From contig CAVWXL010000020.1 in the NCBI GenBank assembly GCA_963759035.1, positions 3,505 to 67,504 of the forward strand: 64,000 bases of DNA, written 5' to 3'. This DNA is from an uncultured Gammaproteobacteria bacterium (lineage in GTDB: Bacteria; Pseudomonadota; Gammaproteobacteria; Xanthomonadales; SZUA-36). Shown one piece after another: positions 19,084-27,856 of the stretch. The notes beneath the pieces are model-generated. The model was not told the DNA's origin. It saw nothing but the letters and a program-made list of their open reading frames with translations, and did no database searches. The position numbers and the translations under genes were made by a program. How positions within the stretch are numbered: position 1 is the stretch's first letter; each line of letters starts with the position of its first letter.

Positions 19084-22000
19084 ATGTACCCAGCCCTAAC
19101 CAAGCTTTTTACCCCGGCACTTGCCCTGCTGGCCCTCACCGCCACCGTCTCCACCGCCGGTGCCGAAACAGATACTGACAGGCTGGAAGGCCTGGAATGG
19201 CGCATGATCGGCCCCTACCGCGGCGGCCGGGTCACCACCGTGACCGGCGTACCGGGCAAACCGAACCTGTATTACATGGGCGCGACAGGCGGTGGCGTCT
19301 GGAAAACCGAGAACGCTGGCGCGACCTGGGAGAACCTCTCTGACGTAGACTTCGAAGTTGGCACGATCGGTGCGGTCGCAGTGGCTGAATCAGACCACAA
19401 TGTCATCTACGTTGGAACCGGTGAATCACCCATTCGCGGCGTGACGACCAGCCACGGAGACGGTGTCTGGAAGTCAACCGACGGTGGTAAAAGCTGGACC
19501 CATATCGGCCTTGAGAACAGCGGGCAGATTGCAAAAATAGAAATCCATCCGGATGATCCCGACACGGCCTTCGTCGCGGTCCAGGGCCAGATCTGGGGTC
19601 CCAATGAGGAGCGCGGGGTATTCCGCACAAACGACGGCGGCAATAGCTGGAAACACGTGTTAAAGGTCGGCCCGGAAACCGGCGCCGCCGACCTTTCGAT
19701 GGACCCGACCAACTCCCGCATTCTGTACGCGGCCATGTGGAACCACGGCCGCAAGCCCTGGTTTATCAAGTCGGGCGGCACCGATGGTGGAATCTACAAA
19801 TCCAGCGACGGTGGCGACAGCTGGAAAAAGCTGAGCGGTGGCCTGCCCGAAATGGTTGGCAAGATCGCCGTGGACGTATCCGCCAGTAATCCGGACCGTG
19901 TCTACGCACTGATCGAAGCCGAACCGGAAAAGGGCGGTCTGTGGCGTAGCGACGATGCCGGTAAAACCTGGAAACTGATCAACGGGCACCGGGTGTTGCA
20001 CTCACGCGCCTGGTACTACATCCACATCGCGGCCGACCCGGTAGACGAGGATACCGTGTATGTGCTGAACGTGCCGCTGATGAAATCCATCGACGCCGGT
20101 AAGAACTGGGAAAAATTGTCCACGCCCCACGGCGATCATCATGACCACTGGATTAATCCGGCCGACAACCGCAACATGATCAACGGCAACGATGGCGGCG
20201 CCACGATCACTTTCGACGGCGGCGAAACATGGTCTTCCATCATGAATCAGCCTACCTCGCAATTCTACCGCGTCACCACGGATAACCAGGTTCCCTTCAG
20301 GATTTATGGCGGACAACAGGACAACACGACCGTCGCCATTTCCAGTCGCAGCCTGTACGGAGGTATCGGTGTCGCGGACTACTTCGACGCCGGCGGCGGC
20401 GAAAGTGCTCACATCGCATTCGATCCGGATAATCCGCAGTTGATTTATGCGACCACAATCAACGGAACGCTGACAGAGTATGACCACCAGTCCGGTCTGG
20501 AGCGTTACATCATCCCCTACCCCGAGTTGGTCTATGGTAAAGACTCCAGCGATCTGAAATACCGGACCAACTGGAACGCACCGGTAGCAGTTTCGCCACA
20601 CGACCCGTCGGTCATTTATTACGGCACACAGGTGGTTCTGAAAAGCACCAACCGAGGCGTAAACTGGTCGGAAATCAGCCCTGACCTGACCCGTAACGAC
20701 CTGGAAAAACAGGGCCGCAACGGCGGACCTCTGACCCCCGAAAACGTCGGTGCCGAGTATTACAACACGCTGTTTTACATCGTCGAATCGCCGCTCGAGA
20801 AAGGCCACATCTGGGTCGGTAGCGATGACGGACTGGTTCATCTGAGCAAGGACGGCGGCACCAACTGGGACAACGTCTCACCGCCACATAAAGGCGAGGC
20901 GATGATCAATGCCATCGAAATCAGCCCGCATGATCCGGGCACGGTTTACCTGGCAGTCACCGGCTACAAGCTGAACGACTTCAAACCGTATATTTACAAG
21001 ACCACGGATTATGGAAAACGCTGGAAACGCATTGATGAGGGCCTGCCCGGAACAACCTTCGTTCGGGTTGTGCGTGAAGACCCGGCTCGCCAGGGCGTGC
21101 TTTACGCCGGTACTGAAGCGGGCATGTTTGTTTCCTTCGATGACGGCGAAAAATGGCAATCCCTGAAGCTCAACATGCCGCCGGTTCCGATTACCGACCT
21201 GGCGATCCGCCACAACACGCTGGTCGCCGCCACCCAGGGGCGTGGTTTCTGGACCCTGGACGACCTGTTCATGGTGCAGACCGCCGCGCAACAACCTGGC
21301 ATAGAGGACCAGCTGATCTACGCTCCGGCCAAAACGGTCGAGTTACACAACCGCGGCTGGTCTTCTGAAAAATTTGAAGCCGAGAACCCGGATTCCGGTG
21401 TTCCGCTTTACTATTATCTCGAAAAGGACATGGAAGACCCGATCCTGATTGAGATCCTGGGTAACCAGGGTGAAGTGATCAGAAGCTATTCCAGTGATGA
21501 GAGTGATTTTGAACGCTGCCTGGCCCACAACGAAGACCCGCGGTCACCCTACAAACCTGAATATCCGGCCGCGAAAGCCGGACTGAACAAGTGGAACTGG
21601 GACACGCGGCGCGAAGGATTCACCTGCGTAAAGGGCATGACGCTGTTTGCCGGACTTAAAGGGAGCAGCGTGGCGCCAGGCAACTACACGGCCCGCCTGA
21701 CGGCCGGAGGTAAAATCAGTGAAGCGTCTTTCGTACTGGAAATGGATCCGCGGGTAAGCTCCACCCCGCAGGAAATCCAGGCCTGGACAGCCCGGCTGGC
21801 CGAAACTTCTGACTTACTGGAAAACGTACTGACCCACCTGGGCGACCTGCGCAAGGCCCACAGCCAGATCAAATCACTGATGGGCGATTATCTGCAGGAC
21901 ACCGAACTCCAGAAAAAGGGCCAGGCAGCCCTGGACGCCATTGACGCCTGGGACCACCAGGTGATTCAGCCGCTGCACGAAACCTATGAAGACGAAGATG

Positions 22001-22218
22001 CATGGGAAACGAGACTGGCTGGACAGATCCGTTTTCTGCTCGACGTCATCGATTCAACCGGCGCGCCCGTTACCGAGGGTGCATTGATTCGGCTGAGCGA
22101 TTTAAAGGCCGAATGGGCCGAGCTGGAATCGCAATTTGACGAAATCCGCACGCAGCATATAGACCCGATCAATGACTGGGCGCGAAGCACAGGGGTTCCG
22201 CACGTTAAGCGCGATTGA
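19084..22218 (+). CDS. Secreted BNR/Asp-box repeat protein (sortilin/VPS10-like double beta-propeller, of the kind often annotated as 'glycosyl hydrolase, BNR repeat')
   Basis: Signal peptide from the ATG at 19084 (MYPALTKLF...STAGA). At least 10 S-x-D-x-G-x-T/S-W Asp-boxes, for example STDGGKSWTH, TNDGGNSWKH, SSDGGDSWKK, SDDAGKTWKL, SKDGGTNWDN. Confidence 0.8.
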   Translation: MYPALTKLFTPALALLALTATVSTAGAETDTDRLEGLEWRMIGPYRGGRVTTVTGVPGKPNLYYMGATGGGVWKTENAGATWENLSDVDFEVGTIGAVAVAESDHNVIYVGTGESPIRGVTTSHGDGVWKSTDGGKSWTHIGLENSGQIAKIEIHPDDPDTAFVAVQGQIWGPNEERGVFRTNDGGNSWKHVLKVGPETGAADLSMDPTNSRILYAAMWNHGRKPWFIKSGGTDGGIYKSSDGGDSWKKLSGGLPEMVGKIAVDVSASNPDRVYALIEAEPEKGGLWRSDDAGKTWKLINGHRVLHSRAWYYIHIAADPVDEDTVYVLNVPLMKSIDAGKNWEKLSTPHGDHHDHWINPADNRNMINGNDGGATITFDGGETWSSIMNQPTSQFYRVTTDNQVPFRIYGGQQDNTTVAISSRSLYGGIGVADYFDAGGGESAHIAFDPDNPQLIYATTINGTLTEYDHQSGLERYIIPYPELVYGKDSSDLKYRTNWNAPVAVSPHDPSVIYYGTQVVLKSTNRGVNWSEISPDLTRNDLEKQGRNGGPLTPENVGAEYYNTLFYIVESPLEKGHIWVGSDDGLVHLSKDGGTNWDNVSPPHKGEAMINAIEISPHDPGTVYLAVTGYKLNDFKPYIYKTTDYGKRWKRIDEGLPGTTFVRVVREDPARQGVLYAGTEAGMFVSFDDGEKWQSLKLNMPPVPITDLAIRHNTLVAATQGRGFWTLDDLFMVQTAAQQPGIEDQLIYAPAKTVELHNRGWSSEKFEAENPDSGVPLYYYLEKDMEDPILIEILGNQGEVIRSYSSDESDFERCLAHNEDPRSPYKPEYPAAKAGLNKWNWDTRREGFTCVKGMTLFAGLKGSSVAPGNYTARLTAGGKISEASFVLEMDPRVSSTPQEIQAWTARLAETSDLLENVLTHLGDLRKAHSQIKSLMGDYLQDTELQKKGQAALDAIDAWDHQVIQPLHETYEDEDAWETRLAGQIRFLLDVIDSTGAPVTEGALIRLSDLKAEWAELESQFDEIRTQHIDPINDWARSTGVPHVKRD

Positions 22219-23083
22219 TCGGGCCAAAGCGTGCGGTAATGGCGCGTGCAAATCTTTCCGGGGCCTGCGGATCAGTCCGCAGGTATAGCGAGGGCTCTAT
22301 CAATTCGAGCTCCATGACCAGGTGGTCACCTTCGTCGTTTCGCACGAAATCCGCCCGGGCATAAAGCGGAACCGATGACAACGCGGCCAGCGCCTGCATA
22401 CCACGGTACAGCAACCGCTCGGGTGGCTTAACCGCACGGATCTGTGCCCCGCGTTCTTCCTGTGAGCGGAATTCAGATTCCGCCGGGGTCTTGAGAATGG
22501 CGTGACTGAATTCACCATTGAAGAAGAACAGGGAATGCTCGCCCTCACTCAGGATCCGAGGCATAAAGCGCTGCACCAGGGCCCGGCGGTTACGAAAGCA
22601 CGCGACAATCGGCGCAAGGGCATCTTCCGTGTCACTGGCTGAGACCCTGTACGCGTGTTCGCCATTGGCACCAACAACCGGCTTGATCACCAGCTCATCA
22701 CTCCCGAGCTGAGCAAAAAACCCCTCGAAGGAACCTGACTGAATCGTCTCCGGCCAGAGCGTGGGTACGATGCCGACTCCGTGATCATGCAGGTCCGCCA
22801 GGTAGGTCTTGGCCAGGTTCCAGTGCACCATCTCCAGCGGATTCGCCAGGCGGGTCTCCCTGTCGATAACTGCAAGGATATCCAGAAAGGCCGGAACATC
22901 ATTCCAGTAATCCCAGGTTGAGCGGATGATTACCGCGTCAAAGTCACTCCATGGAATCTCTTTTTGCCGCCATGAGACGGTCGCGACCTTCCAGCCCAGG
23001 CGCGCCAGCGGTTCGATCGCATGCTCGTCGTCGATGACGTAGTCACCCCGATGATCCAGGGTAAGGAAAGCACAATTTTTCAT
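22205..23083 (-). CDS. ATP-grasp domain protein (RimK / glutathione-synthetase-like ligase), substrate unknown
   Basis: 292 aa. Its layout and segments (VIKPVVGANGEHAY, ARADFVRNDEGDHLVMELELIEPSL) are typical of ATP-grasp ligases. Confidence 0.6.
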   Translation of the reverse strand: MKNCAFLTLDHRGDYVIDDEHAIEPLARLGWKVATVSWRQKEIPWSDFDAVIIRSTWDYWNDVPAFLDILAVIDRETRLANPLEMVHWNLAKTYLADLHDHGVGIVPTLWPETIQSGSFEGFFAQLGSDELVIKPVVGANGEHAYRVSASDTEDALAPIVACFRNRRALVQRFMPRILSEGEHSLFFFNGEFSHAILKTPAESEFRSQEERGAQIRAVKPPERLLYRGMQALAALSSVPLYARADFVRNDEGDHLVMELELIEPSLYLRTDPQAPERFARAITARFGPINRA

Positions 23084-23108
23084 CGGCCCATGATATAAGG
23101 TTAAAGCT

Positions 23109-24506
23109 ATGTGGTACGAGTACCTTTTATCCCTGCTCTCGGTTTACCTGCTGGTAGCAGTGGCAGCCGGAATTCACGTGCTGCTTAATGTGCGTGTTTC
23201 CCGTGCAGCCTTTGGCTGGCTTGGACTGATCATTGTTTTTCCCATCATCGGCGCGCTGCTCTATGCCCTTTTCGGCATCAACCGGGTCCGCCGCAAGGCA
23301 CAGCGCGTTTCAAGGGAGAGCGAAGCGGCACCCGGAAAAGACTGCCTCACCGGCACGCGGGCTGAGGGCGCATCACGCAGCAGGCCGGGCTTCAGCGTGA
23401 CCGGCATGGAGTTAAGCGCGGAAAACCGGGGCACCACCTATTACGACGGTGAGCAAGCATACCCGCCCATGCTCAGCGCCATCGAAAACGCGCAGCGCGA
23501 GGTGTTGTTGAGCAGCTACATCTTTGACAACGACGACACTGGCAAGTTGTTCCTGGACAAGCTGGCCGGGGCCCGGGACCGCGGCTGTGAGGTCTGTGTG
23601 CTGGTGGACGATGTGGGCATTCGTTACAGCTTCCCCACGATCATCAGGGAACTGGAAAAGCGGCAGCTCAATTACCGGCGCTTCATGCCGCTGCGGTTGC
23701 TGCCGCCCAGCTTCAGCATCAATCTTCGTACTCACCGGAAACTGCTGATCACGGACCGCATGGTGACCTTTGCCGGTGGCATGAATATCGGCGACCGCCA
23801 ATTGGTCAACGGGCCATCTGCACACCGTGCCAGCGACCTGCATTTCCGCTTCGAGGGGCCACTGACCGCCGACTGTGTGCGGCTGTTTGCCGAGGACTGG
23901 AAATTCGCCGGTGGCGAATCACTGCCTGCCTGGAGCGCCGACTGCAAGGCGCCAGGAACCGCCCGATGCCGCTTGATCTCGGATGGTCCGGACGACACGC
24001 TCGATTCGCTGATGCTGGTCATAATGGGTGTCATATCCAGTGCCAGTAAACGCGTCTGGATCATGTCACCCTACTTCCTGCCGGAACGCCAGATGCTGGG
24101 TTGCCTGCAGGCGGCAGCCCTTTCCGGCGTCGATGTGAAGGTCATGATTCCTGAGAAGAATAACTGGCCACTGGTCCAGTGGGCCCTGCAACACAACCTC
24201 GATGAACTACTAAACGCCGGCGTCACCCTGCTCACAAGGCCCGCCCCTTTCGCACACAGCAAATGCATGGTGATCGACGACGACTATGCCCTGGTGGGTT
24301 CAAGCAACATGGACCCGCGCAGCCTGCGCCTGAATTTCGAGTTGGGAATCGAAGTATTCGACCCCGAACTGAACAGCGAGCTGAGCGCGCATTTTACGAA
24401 AAAGGCCGCGAAGAGCTCCCGGATTTCACGCAAAAAGCTCCAGTCACGAGGCACCTTCACCCGCCTGCGCGATGGAGCAGCGGCACTTTTTACTCCGTAC
24501 CTGTAA
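23109..24506 (+). CDS. cls: Cardiolipin synthase (PLD superfamily)
   Basis: Two N-terminal TM helices with the PLDc_N-type segment FPIIGALLYALFG. Two HKD motifs (HRKLLITD and HSKCMVIDD). Confidence 0.9.
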   Translation: MWYEYLLSLLSVYLLVAVAAGIHVLLNVRVSRAAFGWLGLIIVFPIIGALLYALFGINRVRRKAQRVSRESEAAPGKDCLTGTRAEGASRSRPGFSVTGMELSAENRGTTYYDGEQAYPPMLSAIENAQREVLLSSYIFDNDDTGKLFLDKLAGARDRGCEVCVLVDDVGIRYSFPTIIRELEKRQLNYRRFMPLRLLPPSFSINLRTHRKLLITDRMVTFAGGMNIGDRQLVNGPSAHRASDLHFRFEGPLTADCVRLFAEDWKFAGGESLPAWSADCKAPGTARCRLISDGPDDTLDSLMLVIMGVISSASKRVWIMSPYFLPERQMLGCLQAAALSGVDVKVMIPEKNNWPLVQWALQHNLDELLNAGVTLLTRPAPFAHSKCMVIDDDYALVGSSNMDPRSLRLNFELGIEVFDPELNSELSAHFTKKAAKSSRISRKKLQSRGTFTRLRDGAAALFTPYL

Positions 24507-24518
24507 TAGAATGCGCAC

Positions 24519-25139
24519 ATGAACCACAAGCACCATGACTCCAAAGCCCACATCGAAAAGGTCGTCGATGCAGTGAAAAAAGAGAAGAAACCCGGGTCGG
24601 CCCGGGGCATAGAAACCCTGTTTCGCAGCGCCTACCGGGTGCAAATGGACCTGACCGGCCTGGCCGATAACAAGGCCAACATGATGATCAGCATCAACGG
24701 CATCATTATCTCCATCATTATTGCCGCTGTCGCACCGAAACTGGACGCCAACCCCTGGCTACTGATTCCGTCAACCCTCTTTCTGGTCGGCAACCTGGTT
24801 TCGATCGTGTTCGCGATCCTGGCTGCGCGACCCCGCGTCGGCACGATCCCGATCACGCTCACCGACCTGGAGCACAGCGAAGGCAATATCCTGTTCTTTG
24901 GCGATTTCGCCAACCTCACCCAGGACCAGTTCACGGAAGGGATGATGGACCTGATGGAAGACAAAACCGTCGTCTATGAAACCATGATCCGGAATATCTA
25001 TGGGTTGGGCTCGGTTCTGAAAAAGAAGTTTCATTTTCTGAAAATCGCCTATACCGCTTTCATGATCGCCCTGATTCTCGGCGTCACTTCATTCATTGGC
25101 GTTTTCATCTGGATACTGAAATCCGCACCTGCAGGTTGA
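24519..25139 (+). CDS. Membrane protein resembling the Pycsar-effector TM domain (PycTM/DUF5706-like), stand-alone
   Basis: 206 aa. The LADNKANMMISINGIIISIIIA segment plus further TM helices matches my recollection of the DUF5706/PycTM family. It starts 12 nt after the cls stop. No cyclase gene is nearby. Confidence 0.45.
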   Translation: MNHKHHDSKAHIEKVVDAVKKEKKPGSARGIETLFRSAYRVQMDLTGLADNKANMMISINGIIISIIIAAVAPKLDANPWLLIPSTLFLVGNLVSIVFAILAARPRVGTIPITLTDLEHSEGNILFFGDFANLTQDQFTEGMMDLMEDKTVVYETMIRNIYGLGSVLKKKFHFLKIAYTAFMIALILGVTSFIGVFIWILKSAPAG

Positions 25140-25229
25140 CCGGTGGCGCTGGCCTTGAGTCAGATCAACACACGCAGTTCGCTCGTATCGTAAGATTTTC
25201 TTAAGGATTGTTATCGTGAGAATCTTGCC

Positions 25230-26795
25230 ATGCAGTTTATTCCCAAGTCGGTACTGAGCAAACTCTATAACCGAACGAGCCTGAGAAACACCGAAGGCGC
25301 CGTTCGTTTTAGCGTCAAAAACCGTCTGAGCCCGGCCATGCTCAAAGAGATCTCGCAGATCTCGATTGACGGGCAGGTCATTGCGCACGAGAAAATAACC
25401 GTCGCCGTTGAAGCGAATGACGTGGTAGCCATCAGTGCCATCACCCCGGAATCACCGGCGGACTTTCCACTGGGTACCCTGGTGAACATCTTCCTCGACA
25501 TAGAACCACTTGCCGAGGGCCGTCACGAAATCAGTATGACGTTCGACGCCAAACCCTTCGGCCGGCTGAATCTGGAAGTGCAGGACACGCTGAAGACCGG
25601 CATCCCGGCACCCGGCTCCGTACCACGCGACCCCGAAGACGATTACAGCGAAAATGTCATCCGCCAGCGCCAGGACTTCATAAGGCAACGCTCAGAAAGC
25701 GACCTGACCCACATCTCCAGCTACTCGTTCGATCCGCATGTGACACGGGGCAACATTGAGCACTTTACCGGTGTCGCCCAGGTGCCACTCGGGTTTGCCG
25801 GCCCGCTGCTGGTGCATGGCGAGCACGCCCAGGGTGAATTCTATGTGCCACTGGCCTGCAGCGAAGGCACCCTGGTTGCTTCCTACAACCGCGGTATGAA
25901 AGTCCTGCACCGCAGCGGCGGAGTGAAGTGCGCTGTGGTCGGAGACAATATGCAGCGCGCACCGGTATTTATTTTTGAAGACGCTGCTTCAGCCCGCCGT
26001 TTTGCTGACTGGATCGTGGCGCATACGGAGGAAATCCGGGCCGTATCCGAAGCATCGGACCCCTTCGTTCATCTGAAATACATCGATTACTACCTGGCGG
26101 CGAAATTCTGTTACCTGCGCTTCAACTTCCAGACCGGCGACGCCGCGGGTATGAACATGGTGGGCAAAGCTACCTTTGTGGCCTGCAACTGGATTCTGGA
26201 AAACTGCGATGTGGTGGAGATACAGAGATTCTTCCTGGAATCAAACTTCGCTACCGACAAGAAAGCATCTATGATCAACATGATGCGTTCGCGCGGCAAA
26301 CGGGTCGTAGCCGAGACCGTGGTTAAGCGTGATGTTCTGCTGGAAATCATGGATGCCGATACAGAATCGATTTACTACCACAGCAAGGTCGCCAACATCG
26401 GCTCCCTGATGTCCGGTACCAACAACAACGGCTGCCATGCGGCCAATGCAATCACCGCGATATTCCTGGCCACCGGGCAGGATGTCGCCAATGTGGCAGA
26501 GGCCTCCATGGGTCTGCTCTACTCCGAGCTGACGCCGGAAAACGACCTCTATATTTCGATCACTCTACCGGCCCTTATCGTGGCGACCTGTGGCGGCGGC
26601 ACGGGCCTGCCGACCCAGAAAGAATCCCTGCAGGCGATGGATTGTTACGGACCTGGAAAGGTGCTCAAGTTTGCAGAAATCGTAGCCGGTACCGTATTGG
26701 CCGGTGAAATCTCACTGGCCGCCGCGATCTCCTCGCTGGACTGGGTATCCAGTCACGACCAGTACGGACGTAACGACCCCGGAAAAAAGGTGTAG
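25230..26795 (+). CDS. Class I HMG-CoA reductase-like oxidoreductase with an extra N-terminal domain of about 130 aa
   Basis: Motifs collinear with class I HMGR: NIEHFTGVAQVPLGFAGPL (ENVIG-type), SEGTLVAS (catalytic Glu), DAAGMN, ATDKKAS (Lys), TGQDVANV (Asp), CGGGTG, VSSHDQYGRN (His). Confidence 0.8.
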   Translation: MQFIPKSVLSKLYNRTSLRNTEGAVRFSVKNRLSPAMLKEISQISIDGQVIAHEKITVAVEANDVVAISAITPESPADFPLGTLVNIFLDIEPLAEGRHEISMTFDAKPFGRLNLEVQDTLKTGIPAPGSVPRDPEDDYSENVIRQRQDFIRQRSESDLTHISSYSFDPHVTRGNIEHFTGVAQVPLGFAGPLLVHGEHAQGEFYVPLACSEGTLVASYNRGMKVLHRSGGVKCAVVGDNMQRAPVFIFEDAASARRFADWIVAHTEEIRAVSEASDPFVHLKYIDYYLAAKFCYLRFNFQTGDAAGMNMVGKATFVACNWILENCDVVEIQRFFLESNFATDKKASMINMMRSRGKRVVAETVVKRDVLLEIMDADTESIYYHSKVANIGSLMSGTNNNGCHAANAITAIFLATGQDVANVAEASMGLLYSELTPENDLYISITLPALIVATCGGGTGLPTQKESLQAMDCYGPGKVLKFAEIVAGTVLAGEISLAAAISSLDWVSSHDQYGRNDPGKKV

Positions 26796-26806
26796 AGAAG
26801 CCCGGT

Positions 26807-27175
26807 TCACCCCGGTTGGTTCAACAGCAACTGTGCCCGGTCATCCGGGCCTTCGATAAAATCGACCAGGTTACTGATCGAGATATCGTTTTTCAGTAAC
26901 AGGCCGCTGAAGGCGTTGACGCAAGCCGCAGCGGAAGCTTCAGGAAACCGTGCGCGGAATTCTCTCCGAAAAACCACGAATTCCGCATAGGCGAACAACT
27001 TGCCATGGTTGAAGGTGTTTTTCTGTGCCAATTCCTGCTGGAAACGCCCTGATGCCAGCAAAGACTGGTACTCAAGCGGTGCTTTACGGTACACCAGCTC
27101 CACGAACTCACTGGAGTGGTCCAGGACTTTGGCCTGCAGGCTTAGCACATCGGTGGATACCGGGCGGTCATTCAT
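26807..27175 (-). CDS. Hypothetical protein
   Basis: 122-aa ORF, co-directional with and 44 nt downstream of the 27220..27758 gene. No motif recognised. Confidence 0.4.
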   Translation of the reverse strand: MNDRPVSTDVLSLQAKVLDHSSEFVELVYRKAPLEYQSLLASGRFQQELAQKNTFNHGKLFAYAEFVVFRREFRARFPEASAAACVNAFSGLLLKNDISISNLVDFIEGPDDRAQLLLNQPG

Positions 27176-27219
27176 AGAACTGAAGATACACGAACCGGGC
27201 GGCGCGTATCAAAGTGGAA

Positions 27220-27758
27220 TTACAGGCGCCGGTATTTGCCGCCGACCACGTGTGCATTCCAACCCCAGGACGTGATCTTGCCGTCAGCCACCGCCTTGTT
27301 GTAAACCGGTGTAGACCAAAAGCGAAGCCTTACCGCGTGCGGTATCTGAACTGCTGCCGTTCTTTGCTTCCCATATGTAGTCTTCGTGGCCGCCACAGAT
27401 TTCTGCAAATCCGTCGTCAGCGCCATCCATCGCCTCATCAATCCTGCCTGCGATGGTTTCCTGCGCCTTCAACAGGCCGGGCACGGTGTCAGACACGTGG
27501 TACTGGATCCGGCGCCATTTGCCGCCAGTGTGGTGAGATAGCCAGCCCCAGCCCTCTATGGTGCCATCGGCAACGGCTGCGTCGTAGATCGGAGCTGTAT
27601 TATTCCTGACCAACATCCCGTTCCTGCGTGGCTGTCTTACAGTAGAAGTAAGTAGCGTAAATAAACCGGTCTTCCTTCTCCTCGTGATGATCAGCACTCA
27701 CGACGGCCGGAACCAGCAGGGTGGTGGCCAAACTCAAACTCAGTAAAACTTTTCTCAT
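27220..27758 (-). pseudogene. Small secreted protein with an internal duplicated motif, read across three frames (apparent frameshifts)
   Basis: Signal peptide MRKVLLSLSLATTLLVPAVVSA starts at the ATG at 27758. Repeat 1 is PIYDAAVADGTIEGWGWLSHHTGGKWRR and repeat 2 is PVYNKAVADGKITSWGWNAHVVGGKYRR. The repeats sit in different frames, so two frame switches are needed (about 27600-27700 and about 27350-27365). Confidence 0.5.
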
Positions 27759-27856
27759 TAGTGCGCCCCTCAGTCGGCCGAAATTGTCCTTCAAGCCCAG
27801 GAAGTATAGGTGGTTCGAAGAAATTTGCTTGCCGCGGGTAACCTTTCTGCGAGGTG

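Noticed and set aside
22205-22218. Convergent 3'-end overlaps: BNR protein / ATP-grasp here, also 30349..30396 (amidohydrolase / glgX), 41987..42008 (sps / ams) and 15563..15566
   Set aside because: Short convergent overlaps are common in compact genomes. No hairpin or other structure was seen that would suggest a regulatory role.
25140-25229. Imperfect inverted repeat AAGATTTTC-N17-GAGAATCTT upstream of the HMGR-like gene, a possible operator
   Set aside because: It has one mismatch in 9 bp, sits in an AT-rich spacer, and matches no regulator site I know. It is too weak to call without conservation data.
25230-26795. Interpreting the HMGR-like gene as evidence of a mevalonate pathway
   Set aside because: No other mevalonate-pathway genes are in the window, so a single gene cannot support the pathway call. 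It is kept as an orphan-enzyme finding instead.
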